The notes under the pieces: generated by a model | What the model was told of the DNA's origin: nothing | Databases searched by the model: none | The model's input: the letters and a program-made list of their open reading frames with translations, nothing else | Sequence record: OQ870555.1 | Length of the DNA: 64,000 nucleotides | Strand: one strand, 5' to 3' | Source of the DNA: Escherichia phage PECP14 | Translations under genes and position numbers: made by a program | Shown: positions 7,928-16,805 of the stretch, piece after piece | Layout: the number at the start of each line of letters is the position of its first letter | How positions within the stretch are numbered: position 1 is the first letter of the stretch

Positions 7928-10700
7928 TTCTAGCTCCCAATTCAGCAAGAGCTTCCTCATGCATCTGACGTTCTTCATCTGTCATAAACTTAACTGGAAT
8001 CGGCATACATTCGATCTTACAGTAAGTTCTGTACCAGTCCACAATCTTTTCCGTATCCAGATCTTTACCGATACCCATCATGCCAAGATACATACGAGCA
8101 TATTTTGGGTTAGCGCTCTGACCTGTCTTAAGGAAGAAATCCTTCTTCTTATTCTTAAGAGCTTCGATAAACGGTTTGATTGTTACGTTTGAACACTTTT
8201 TAATATCTTCCCAGAACATCTCGTGCATCTTATGGAAAAATGCAGCTCGATCATTCGGTTTATCCTTGATATACTGTTCAACGTGTTCCACTGTTACATC
8301 TTTAATAGAATCCAGATGATAATAGCGAACCAGAAGTAACTTGGCTTCATAGGCATCTGCATGACGTGGTGCGCAATATTCAGGAGTTGAGTGCAGAATA
8401 GCTTTGATTCGCTCTTCTGTATACTCTTTGCCTGCACCTTCGATAGTCCCCCAGCTTTCACTGAAGATATCAATAGTTGCACCTTGATCGAGAAGATAAT
8501 AACGCAAAGTACTGGTATAGTTTCTAGATTCCAGCTCACGACGGCGTGCGTACAGTTGCTGAGCTAACTCAATCCAACCCTCGTCAATATTATATTGCTC
8601 GGAACCCGCAGAGAATCCACTCGTAGATTTATCAATAAAATAATAAATGTTCTGAGCACCACGGTCGCGCCTGATTGCTTGAAAACGCATGTTTGGCGCT
8701 TGGTTTGAGGTTCTAGTGATTACGAATACGTTATCAAAATAGTTAAAGTCAACACCACTCGTTACAGATGGACTACATAATAAACAATCAATCTGTTGAT
8801 CAATTAGCTCATTAGTTGTATAATCCAGAATACGTCGGATATCTACATCAGACGTAGAGTTTGAGTGAATTTCTTTAACTAACGCACCAGTATTACGACG
8901 TAATGCCATTCCCTTCTCATTCAGTTCATCCGGGCCACAGTCAGATACTAGGATTGATTTCTCCCCCATCTCTAAAGATGTTTGAAGTGCAACCCAAATA
9001 CTGGATTCATCAGGGAATTCATAAGCATGAGCTTTCGCCAGCATTTTACGGTGGTGATTATAAAATGCGACTGGTTTATCAAAATCAATCAAAGAACCAT
9101 AGGCTTCAATCGTTTCTGCACTGATATCACCATCGGATAAGATAACAGTTTTAGCAGTAATAAGGATATCACGAAGAACCTGAATACATTCACGACGGTT
9201 TTTAACAACCGGAGCGAATAACAGATCATTCATTACTGCGTCACATTCATCAATAAAGATCGTATCAATCTGACCCACAAAGCTCTTGAACTTATGGATA
9301 GAGTGAATAGTTGAAGACATACGATCAATGGCACCACGTTTGAAGTTCAGCATATCAACTGACTTATCATACTGACCAGCACCGAATTTCTTCGCGTTAG
9401 AAGATACAAGTGCCCTAGTATTTGTGATTGCAATAAAGTTTCCTGGAAGAACACCTGCATCTAGCCACTTAGTTACTGCTGTAGTTTTACCCGTACCAAG
9501 ACTTGCCTTAACAAATGTTAAATGTCCTTTTGGGGGTACAATGTTAATTTTCAGGTACGGAACTTCTGGTGGAGAATCTGTGTCTAGACGTTTTAATGGT
9601 ACACCTTTTAAGTTTGGTGGAATCTCACGTTTGGAGTTATTTACAAAGGCTTTGAGAGCCTGCTTACGACCGTTATTAAAGTAATCTTGAATATTACGAC
9701 TATTATCTTTAGTCGCAATATACTCAGATAAAGCTGGTTTAATCTCACGTTCTAACCACGTAAAGTCAACACCATCTTCTAACGCTCTGTGATAAAGTTT
9801 TGGGATAATACGCAGGTACACTCCATCCTCAGCTTCTTCTAGTTCGCTGATGGTTTCTTCCACTTTATCAGATGCAGCCTTCTTGCCTTTAATTTGATCA
9901 AGTAAGGAGTAGAACTCTTCTTTAAACTCACCTCTAGTTGTTTCAAAGTCAACTAGGTTATTAGGTAGATTCACCTTCGAACCCTTAACATATACAAGAC
10001 GTGGTTTATTCTCCGCTTTAAACGGATCGACTATACCATCATCAAATAAGGGATCTGCAAAATAGTGAAGCTGAACAGAAGAATAATAAGCTAAGTCAGC
10101 AATATCAAAGCCATACTTTTGCTTACTACTGTCATTGATAGATGTAAATAAGAACTTTAACTGTCCCTGCGTTACCTTGACATTAGATTCTAGCATTAAG
10201 TGCATTCGGATACCTGGTTTTAATCCAGCCGAAGACGATGCATGGGCAATAAACCCTGCATCAAGAGGAAACATATCCTCACTAATACTATTCAACATCT
10301 TAATAATATGACGTGCCATGCCAACAAGATTAAACTTGTCATAGCCACCAGTATCTACAATACCATCCACGTCCATAGCAATAATATGACTAGGATTGGA
10401 TACGTTAAAGTTTCCCCTGGTACGACGCACATTATCTTTTGGAGCTAAACATTTACCACGAATAGCTACAATATGCGGGTCTTTGGTAAGACGACGCATG
10501 ATAGGTAACATTTCAGCAAGGTTTTGCGGGTCAAGTTCTTCAAGTACATCAAATTTGAAGGGCATGGAAGCTGGTTTACCTTCTGGATGCTCTTTAGAGA
10601 ATCGCTTTGCAAAGGTGTAATCTTCCACTTTGATCTCTTTCCAGATGCCAGTGGCTTTATCTCTGGAAAATCCTGCGTGACCTTGTAGGATTGAGAACAC
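7911..10700 (-). CDS. SF2 helicase / replication-origin-binding-type protein
   Basis: Walker A VKASLGTGKTT, Walker B FIDECD; ORF is open to 10823 but GTG at 10698-10700 has an AGGAG 7 nt upstream. Confidence 0.55.
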   Translation of the reverse strand: MFSILQGHAGFSRDKATGIWKEIKVEDYTFAKRFSKEHPEGKPASMPFKFDVLEELDPQNLAEMLPIMRRLTKDPHIVAIRGKCLAPKDNVRRTRGNFNVSNPSHIIAMDVDGIVDTGGYDKFNLVGMARHIIKMLNSISEDMFPLDAGFIAHASSSAGLKPGIRMHLMLESNVKVTQGQLKFLFTSINDSSKQKYGFDIADLAYYSSVQLHYFADPLFDDGIVDPFKAENKPRLVYVKGSKVNLPNNLVDFETTRGEFKEEFYSLLDQIKGKKAASDKVEETISELEEAEDGVYLRIIPKLYHRALEDGVDFTWLEREIKPALSEYIATKDNSRNIQDYFNNGRKQALKAFVNNSKREIPPNLKGVPLKRLDTDSPPEVPYLKINIVPPKGHLTFVKASLGTGKTTAVTKWLDAGVLPGNFIAITNTRALVSSNAKKFGAGQYDKSVDMLNFKRGAIDRMSSTIHSIHKFKSFVGQIDTIFIDECDAVMNDLLFAPVVKNRRECIQVLRDILITAKTVILSDGDISAETIEAYGSLIDFDKPVAFYNHHRKMLAKAHAYEFPDESSIWVALQTSLEMGEKSILVSDCGPDELNEKGMALRRNTGALVKEIHSNSTSDVDIRRILDYTTNELIDQQIDCLLCSPSVTSGVDFNYFDNVFVITRTSNQAPNMRFQAIRRDRGAQNIYYFIDKSTSGFSAGSEQYNIDEGWIELAQQLYARRRELESRNYTSTLRYYLLDQGATIDIFSESWGTIEGAGKEYTEERIKAILHSTPEYCAPRHADAYEAKLLLVRYYHLDSIKDVTVEHVEQYIKDKPNDRAAFFHKMHEMFWEDIKKCSNVTIKPFIEALKNKKKDFFLKTGQSANPKYARMYLGMMGIGKDLDTEKIVDWYRTYCKIECMPIPVKFMTDEERQMHEEALAELGARNDSEE

Positions 10701-11196
10701 AACAATACTCCTATGTTGGTTATTCGGATATCTTTCTTTAGGACTATTCAAAAGAATAGAACAACTATTACTACCATTTACACAAACATTAATCATCATC
10801 AAGCAGTATGAATAAGTTATCATACCTCAGTGCTGCGCTCTCTTAACTCTTATCCAGATCAGAACCTAGGTCATTGGCCGCTAAGCCGATTCTGATTGCC
10901 CTCACTATCCTATTGGTAGGTGGCTACTGGACGTGTCACCATTCGCTGCTCTTTTCGTTCGCACCCCCATATAAAGCTCTGCCTATATAACGAGCTAAAT
11001 ATGCACGGTTTGGATTTACCTTTCCGAATTCAGGGTACGCAGATCACTTAATTGATAATTAACTAATGCAGTATAAACACTAGTAATAGTTAAAACAACC
11101 CTTAATGGGGCAGCCTAACTGTTCCGTATTGCGGATTGTAAACAAGAAAAATTAGCAAAATCAATTTTTACTAATGTCTCTCAATTCAATATAAAT

Positions 11197-11225
11197 ATTA
11201 TATCAAGATTTTGAGCATCCTGCAA
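11197..11225 (-). promoter_or_regulatory. leftward early promoter followed by long leader
   Basis: minus strand TTGCAG-17-TATAAT; ~500 nt ORF-free before the helicase ORF. Confidence 0.45.
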
Positions 11226-11316
11226 GTAAAATTTTTCCGAAGGTGCTATCAGTGTCTTTGAGCACAGAGAAAACCGAGTCAAAACGACTCGGTAATCAGG
11301 ATTGAGCTAATGAAAA

Positions 11317-11712
11317 TCAATCATCATTTAGGCCTGGGACATAGATTCCAATGCGATTTAATCGACCTTTAGCTTCTTCGAGAATATCTTCGGTGTACTC
11401 CCAAATATCATCTTCTACTTGCAAAAGATAAGGGGATTCACCAGTTTCGGGGTCACGTGTAATGGCTAAACCACGTGGATGGAATATAGAGAAGTTGAGG
11501 GCAACAATCAAGCCCATGCTGGACAATTCATTCCAGTCAGCTTCCCAACCATCATCTTCATCTTCGTCCACAAAGACACCTACACTAGGGTCTGTTACAG
11601 AAGTAAACGGAAATGTTACACTAACCTTGTCAACCCCCAACCAACGTGCAAGGAGCCCCTCAGCACGCTCTACCAAACTAGGATCTATCTGACGCCAAAA
11701 TACTTGTTCCAT
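11317..11712 (-). CDS. hypothetical protein (paralog 1 of tandem pair)
   Basis: shares DW.EL..MGL..ALN...F.P and C-terminal G(I/Y)x(V/I)PGL with the adjacent ORF. Confidence 0.5.
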   Translation of the reverse strand: MEQVFWRQIDPSLVERAEGLLARWLGVDKVSVTFPFTSVTDPSVGVFVDEDEDDGWEADWNELSSMGLIVALNFSIFHPRGLAITRDPETGESPYLLQVEDDIWEYTEDILEEAKGRLNRIGIYVPGLNDD

Positions 11713-11721
11713 TCTGCCTCC

Positions 11722-12150
11722 TTAAGCAGTTAAACCTGGGATCATATACCCGAAACGACGAAGTTTCTGAATCCCCTCATTTACTTCTTCGGGCGAGTAT
11801 GACCAGCCCTCACGTTCATTTACCTGGAAAGCAGGAGCTTCACCAGTGCGATAATTTACAATAAGACGGTGATTTGCAGGCATAAACAGCTTATGGTTCA
11901 AGGCAAAAACCAGACCCATTTCATCAAGTTCTTTCCAGTCTACAATCTCTTCTACTCCCTCGCCTAAATCCACACTAACTCCAATACACGGAGCTTCCTC
12001 TAGCGGGCCTTTAAAGGATAAGAAGATATCGTTATTCTCACACCAAATCTTGAGCAGATTGATGGTTTCATTATACATACCATTAGGGAGAGAGCGCCAG
12101 AAGTTGAGAAGCATAGGATTTACCTCTTTCATGAAAATATTATTGAACAT
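11722..12150 (-). CDS. hypothetical protein (paralog 2 of tandem pair)
   Basis: paralogous to 11317-11712. Confidence 0.5.
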   Translation of the reverse strand: MFNNIFMKEVNPMLLNFWRSLPNGMYNETINLLKIWCENNDIFLSFKGPLEEAPCIGVSVDLGEGVEEIVDWKELDEMGLVFALNHKLFMPANHRLIVNYRTGEAPAFQVNEREGWSYSPEEVNEGIQKLRRFGYMIPGLTA

Positions 12151-12152
12151 GC

Positions 12153-12692
12153 TTATACCTTAAGTTTCTGAAGAGCCTTACACATTTCAAGATCTGGACT
12201 AAATTCCAGCATATAGCTGATAGCATTTAAATCTTGAAGGTTTATTCCAGTCCTGCCATTTACAATAACAGTAGGAAATTGGTACATCATAGCACCAGCA
12301 TCATCTAGGACGCACCAATGCTTGAGCTTATGTTTTTCTACGAAACGTAAGACAGAATTACCCCGAGATAAACCACCTCCAGTAAAATCTGTTGTACCAA
12401 GAAAACGATCGATCAAACCGAGTCCGGTCATAATCTGAACGTTCTCCATTTCATTTCGTACAGAAAACCATGAAGATACCCCAACAATCATTATTGGGGA
12501 TGGCTTAAGAAAGTTCTGAAAAGCCTGGAGTAATGGCTTGTAAACCCAATCACCACCAAAGAATAGCTTCTCACTATCTGGAGCATGATGGTGAGAGATG
12601 CTCGAATTGAGCACCCCATCAATATCCAGGAAAATCACAGGAGTATTACTTATTTCCACCAGTAGCATCCCACGTCCAGACTTTAACTTCAT
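12153..12692 (-). CDS. HAD-superfamily hydrolase/phosphatase-like
   Basis: motif I VIFLDIDGVLN near N-terminus. Confidence 0.45.
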   Translation of the reverse strand: MKLKSGRGMLLVEISNTPVIFLDIDGVLNSSISHHHAPDSEKLFFGGDWVYKPLLQAFQNFLKPSPIMIVGVSSWFSVRNEMENVQIMTGLGLIDRFLGTTDFTGGGLSRGNSVLRFVEKHKLKHWCVLDDAGAMMYQFPTVIVNGRTGINLQDLNAISYMLEFSPDLEMCKALQKLKV

Positions 12693-12831
12693 CAGTAAAA
12701 GGAACTGGAACCTTCAATTCACCTTTACCCCACATAACAGATAGGAACAGAGAATAAATGGTAATCATACCGATTAGGTTGACAAACCATACTAGACCTT
12801 TCCAGATACCCTTAAAAATCTTCTTCACCAT
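12646..12831 (-). CDS. small membrane protein
   Basis: start reassigned to the Met preceded by AAGGAGGG; hydrophobic segment LVWFVNLIGMITIYSLFL. Confidence 0.4.
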   Translation of the reverse strand: MVKKIFKGIWKGLVWFVNLIGMITIYSLFLSVMWGKGELKVPVPFTDEVKVWTWDATGGNK

Positions 12832-12994
12832 ATTCTCCCTCCTTAATAAGGAACTCTTTCCATTCTGCTGTATCCTCATAGATAACGCAGAAATCATCAC
12901 TCTTCCATGAGAAGTCATCAGTAGCAAATTCGAAACGGTAGCACCAACTACCGTCTGGCCATACTAAAAGATCACACATGCTTTTCTGGGACAT
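12812..12994 (-). CDS. hypothetical small protein
   Basis: internal Met start with GGAGGG SD; acidic C-terminus. Confidence 0.35.
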   Translation of the reverse strand: MSQKSMCDLLVWPDGSWCYRFEFATDDFSWKSDDFCVIYEDTAEWKEFLIKEGEYGEEDF

Positions 12995-13823
12995 AAATAT
13001 TTCCCTCCATAAAAGCTTCAACTTGATCAATAAAGTGTTTATTACCAAAAACTTCGGCAGCTCCAGCACGCCATACAGTAACACCACGTTTCTCATACTC
13101 AAGCTGTTCGTCATAACGAACTTGTGGGTTAACAACCATCATCTTAGTTCCACGACATACAGCAGGAAATAGCTCCCAGTTGAAGTCGATTACTTGGTTG
13201 CTACAACCTACTACAATAACCATATCATTGCTAGTAAGTGTATCAAACAGGTTAATCTGACCCATATACCACGGAGCCGTCTCACCAAAGAATGTTACGT
13301 TTGGTTTTACCCATTCGTAATCCTCAGGGGCAATCGCAGTATACCCAACATCTTCGATGATTTGGTTGCGACCCTGACGATAGATCACCTCTTTCAAGTA
13401 CCCGTGAGCGTGAATGATTTCATCACGAGGGATACCAGCACGTTCCAGAAGGTCATCAACGTTAGTAGTGAAGTTCTTCACGCTATCCTCACCATAACGC
13501 TGGAACCATTCTGCAATTCGCAGATGGGCAATGTTAGGCTCAACAGTCTGTAATTCCTGACGACGCATGTTGTAGAACTCATGAGTCTTGAGATACAGAT
13601 CGTTACCATCTTTATCAATGCCAGGGAAACGAGCACTGAAGTAGTTAGGATCATCTTCACCACAGAAGCGACGGAAGCCAGCTTCAAAGTTAGGCAAGCT
13701 ACATACTTCCTCTAGATCGTACTCATCCCACAAGGATTTCCCACTAGCAGTATCAGTACGGAAAGCACGAACACCACTATCTACACTCAAACCTGCACCA
13801 CTAACAACGATTAGTCTACGCAT
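12972..13823 (-). CDS. Sir2-like NAD-dependent deacylase/ADP-ribosyltransferase
   Basis: GAGLSVDSGVRAFR (Rossmann NAD motif), TTNVDDL (TQNID-like), catalytic HG. Confidence 0.65.
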   Translation of the reverse strand: MRRLIVVSGAGLSVDSGVRAFRTDTASGKSLWDEYDLEEVCSLPNFEAGFRRFCGEDDPNYFSARFPGIDKDGNDLYLKTHEFYNMRRQELQTVEPNIAHLRIAEWFQRYGEDSVKNFTTNVDDLLERAGIPRDEIIHAHGYLKEVIYRQGRNQIIEDVGYTAIAPEDYEWVKPNVTFFGETAPWYMGQINLFDTLTSNDMVIVVGCSNQVIDFNWELFPAVCRGTKMMVVNPQVRYDEQLEYEKRGVTVWRAGAAEVFGNKHFIDQVEAFMEGNIYVPEKHV

Positions 13824-14017
13824 TATACGATTCCTTGCTTGAATCCTTCGATGATATTTTGGAGCAGAATTGCTTCTTCTGGGCGAACCTTCTCTTGCTT
13901 AATAAGCATATCCAAACCAGCAATACAGGTAGCTACTCCAGCATTATACCCAGCATTCCACTGCTCCATGAGCATATTTTCTAAATTACTTTTTAGATTC
14001 TGATTCAAGAAGTCCAT
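13823..14017 (-). CDS. hypothetical protein
   Basis: start set at the internal Met with GGAGG SD (ORF extends to 14101). Confidence 0.35.
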   Translation of the reverse strand: MDFLNQNLKSNLENMLMEQWNAGYNAGVATCIAGLDMLIKQEKVRPEEAILLQNIIEGFKQGIV

Positions 14018-14189
14018 AAAGTTTTTCCTCCAATTCCATAATACGATTTTCGTAAGAAGCACGCAGCTTCTCGATGGACAAAGCACGAACTGTAACTTCA
14101 TCTGAATTGATCGCTAGCTGAGCTAGATCTTCTGTTTCCATACGTCCGTTGTAAATTAAGCGATATTTAAGATGTTTTACGTTTTTCAT
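13986..14189 (-). CDS. hypothetical protein (coiled-coil)
   Basis: ORF with AAGGA SD. Confidence 0.4.
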   Translation of the reverse strand: MKNVKHLKYRLIYNGRMETEDLAQLAINSDEVTVRALSIEKLRASYENRIMELEEKLYGLLESESKK

Positions 14190-14198
14190 TCTTGTTCC

Positions 14199-14480
14199 TT
14201 AGTTCTGTACTGTAAATTCATTCTTATCACAGTGAGCATAATAATACCCATACATACGATAAATTTTCACAGCCTTAGTAGACCCCTTCGATTCTTCATA
14301 ATCAATCCAGAGCCACTTGTCTTTACCTACATAATGTACCCGAAACTTCTTAACTTTCTTATCATTCCATGTTGCAACAACACGACGATAATCAAATCCG
14401 CCCAACCAATCTAGAGCCTTACGTTCTTCACTAGGCTCTCCAAGATGGGAAACATCTACTTTTGGAAGCAATTCGCTCAT
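14199..14480 (-). CDS. hypothetical protein
   Basis: ORF with early-type promoter upstream (14509-14537). Confidence 0.5.
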   Translation of the reverse strand: MSELLPKVDVSHLGEPSEERKALDWLGGFDYRRVVATWNDKKVKKFRVHYVGKDKWLWIDYEESKGSTKAVKIYRMYGYYYAHCDKNEFTVQN

Positions 14481-14508
14481 AGCTTTCTCCTCTCAAATTT
14501 ATAAATCA

Positions 14509-14537
14509 ATTATACATAAGTTTTAGCTCGAAAGCAA
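14509..14537 (-). promoter_or_regulatory. leftward early promoter cassette
   Basis: minus strand TTGCTT-17-TATAAT + ATAAATTTGAGAGGAG. Confidence 0.5.
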
Positions 14538-14573
14538 ATAAAATAAAAGCCAGGTCGACTAGCAACCTGGCTG
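14535..14573 (-). terminator. intrinsic terminator after nrdD
   Basis: minus strand AGCCAGGT...ACCTGGCT + TTTTATTTTATTT. Confidence 0.55.
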
Positions 14574-14578
14574 ATTCA

Positions 14579-16453
14579 TTATTTAGCGCGAATGTCTTGA
14601 TGTTTCACTCGACCCATAACCTCATGTTGTTTACCTGGGTTAAACGGACGAGCACCTGGATTTCCAAGATATCCACAAACTCGACGAGTTACCTCAAGAG
14701 TCTCAGGATCATGATTGCCACAAATTGGGCATTTGAAACCATCCTCAGAAGCTATAGTTTCACCCAAGAACCCACATTCCCCACAAGAGTCTACTGGAGT
14801 ATTAATACCGAAGTAATGAACTTTACTTGCAGCATAGTTAATAACCCATTCCAGTGCATCAGGGAATCGTTTCATATCCGGTAATTCCACATAGGAAATG
14901 CACCCACCAGAAGCAATAGGAGTAAAGTTAGACTCATAATCAAACTTCACATTTGGAGCAACCTTACGTTCTACATCAAGGTGATGGGAATTAGTGTAAT
15001 ATCCTTTAGCCAGAATATCTTCATGCTCTGGGAAATACTCACGGTCTAGGCGACAGAAGCGATCACATAGAGATTCAGATGGTGTAGCATACAGACTATA
15101 CCCTAATTGAGTCTCTTCCTTCTTCTGATCAGCACGATCACGCATGTATTGTAGCACACGTTGAACGAACTTGATACAAGACTCAGACATTGTATCTACA
15201 TCTTTACCAAACATGAGCTGCAACATTTCGTGGCAACCAATATATCCTAGAGATACAGAAGCACGCTTGTAGAAATGATCAAATACATATTCATCTGGCC
15301 CCAGACGTAATCCAAAGGCTCCTGACATATAGAGGATGGGCGCAGCTTTAGCTTGAATGTATTTTAAGCGATCAACCCTCCACTCCAATGCTTTTAACGC
15401 GGTATCCACACGCAGCTCAAGCAGATCGAAGAATAGATCAATATTTCCTTCCGCTTCGATAGCGATTCGAGGAAGGTTTACGGAAACAACGCCTAAGTTG
15501 TTACGACCAGAAGTTTCACCATCTTCCGCAGCAGCCAGGAACGAACGACAGCCCATAGAGACTTTGTAGTCCCCCGTAACTTCTACAACCTTATCATAAC
15601 TGATGTAGTCAGGATACATACGTTCAGCAGTACATTTCATAGCTAACTTCTTGATATCATAGTTAACATCACCAGGTTTCATGTTTACGCCCTCACGCAA
15701 AACAAATACCAGTTTAGGGAAGATAGCTGTACGTTTATTGATACCCAAACCATCCATACGTACTTCTAGTATTGCTTTCTGTACAAGACGTGCTTCCCAA
15801 GAAGTTCCTAGACCAAAACCAAAGGTAATAAACGGACTTTGACCATTAGAGTTGAACATCGTATTGATTTCATACTCCAGGCCCTGACAGGCATCGTAAA
15901 CTTCTTTCTCAGTCATTTCCGTAGCCATTACAGATGCTTTGGCTTCATCCTTAGTCCAACGCTTTGCAAACGCATGATTCTTATCATAAGACTTACGAAC
16001 ATAAGGAGCCAATACTTCATCTAATCGGTCTACAGAAGTACCCCCATATTGATGTGAACTAACCTGAGTGATAATCTGAGCTGTGATAGCAGCCGCAGTA
16101 GTAATAGAGTTTGGTGTACTGATTTCAGCATTACCAACCTTCATACCATTCTTCAACATATCTTCCAAAGCAACCAGGCAACAGTTAGTCATACCTAATG
16201 CAGCGTAATCAGCATCATGGAAGTGAATATCACCAATCATGTGAGCATTTCGAATCTGGATTGGCATTTCTTCCAGAATCAGATATTTACTCAATTCCCC
16301 TGCAAGCATATCCCTTTGTGTAGGGAAACGTTCTGAGGGCTTATTGGCATTATTAAACAGCAGCTCTTCATCTGCTGAACCTTCGATAATTTCTTTGCAG
16401 TTTCGAATCAAGGACTGCATTCCTTTATACTTTAGTTCTTCATTGCGATTCAT
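14579..16453 (-). CDS. nrdD: anaerobic ribonucleoside-triphosphate reductase (class III)
   Basis: C-terminal Cys cluster (CGECG...CPICG) and glycyl-radical motif RVCGYLG. Confidence 0.85.
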   Translation of the reverse strand: MNRNEELKYKGMQSLIRNCKEIIEGSADEELLFNNANKPSERFPTQRDMLAGELSKYLILEEMPIQIRNAHMIGDIHFHDADYAALGMTNCCLVALEDMLKNGMKVGNAEISTPNSITTAAAITAQIITQVSSHQYGGTSVDRLDEVLAPYVRKSYDKNHAFAKRWTKDEAKASVMATEMTEKEVYDACQGLEYEINTMFNSNGQSPFITFGFGLGTSWEARLVQKAILEVRMDGLGINKRTAIFPKLVFVLREGVNMKPGDVNYDIKKLAMKCTAERMYPDYISYDKVVEVTGDYKVSMGCRSFLAAAEDGETSGRNNLGVVSVNLPRIAIEAEGNIDLFFDLLELRVDTALKALEWRVDRLKYIQAKAAPILYMSGAFGLRLGPDEYVFDHFYKRASVSLGYIGCHEMLQLMFGKDVDTMSESCIKFVQRVLQYMRDRADQKKEETQLGYSLYATPSESLCDRFCRLDREYFPEHEDILAKGYYTNSHHLDVERKVAPNVKFDYESNFTPIASGGCISYVELPDMKRFPDALEWVINYAASKVHYFGINTPVDSCGECGFLGETIASEDGFKCPICGNHDPETLEVTRRVCGYLGNPGARPFNPGKQHEVMGRVKHQDIRAK

Positions 16454-16483
16454 TATACCCTCCTTCTCTAACTAAGACTACTA

Positions 16484-16512
16484 TTATAACTCATTCGAAG
16501 GCGGATGTCAAC
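16484..16512 (-). promoter_or_regulatory. leftward consensus promoter for nrdD
   Basis: minus strand reads TTGACA-17-TATAAT, then GAAGGAGGG SD and nrdD ATG. Confidence 0.55.
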
Positions 16513-16562
16513 AATATTTTACTATAAAGTTCTGTAACATGATCTGAGTCAAAAAATTTTAT

Positions 16563-16591
16563 TTGCCAACCTCTACTAAAAATAGTATAAT
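16563..16591 (+). promoter_or_regulatory. rightward promoter in divergent control region
   Basis: TTGCCA-17-TATAAT on plus strand upstream of phoH. Confidence 0.45.
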
Positions 16592-16703
16592 CACGCACCC
16601 GTGTACGCGATATAAAATGATTATCTAGTACCATACATCTCCCAGTAAAAGCAAGTAAATTTTTTATTTAAATGCAATATCATAGGCTTATTTAAAATTG
16701 TAG

Positions 16704-16738
16704 TTGCCTTTTACTGTATATAATGGTATAATATATTT
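16704..16738 (+). promoter_or_regulatory. rightward promoter(s) upstream of phoH
   Basis: TTGCCT followed by two overlapping TATAAT hexamers. Confidence 0.45.
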
Positions 16739-16805
16739 GTAAGTTGATAAACAAGATCTTTTTGTTGATCCTCTGTTAGCGAAGTACACTATAGGAGTGT
16801 TATTT

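Noticed and set aside
12153-12692. 5'-deoxyribonucleotidase (dmp) assignment
   Set aside because: Only the HAD motif I is evident; in T5-type phages dmp is a pre-early gene in the terminal repeat, so a specific dmp call here is not supported
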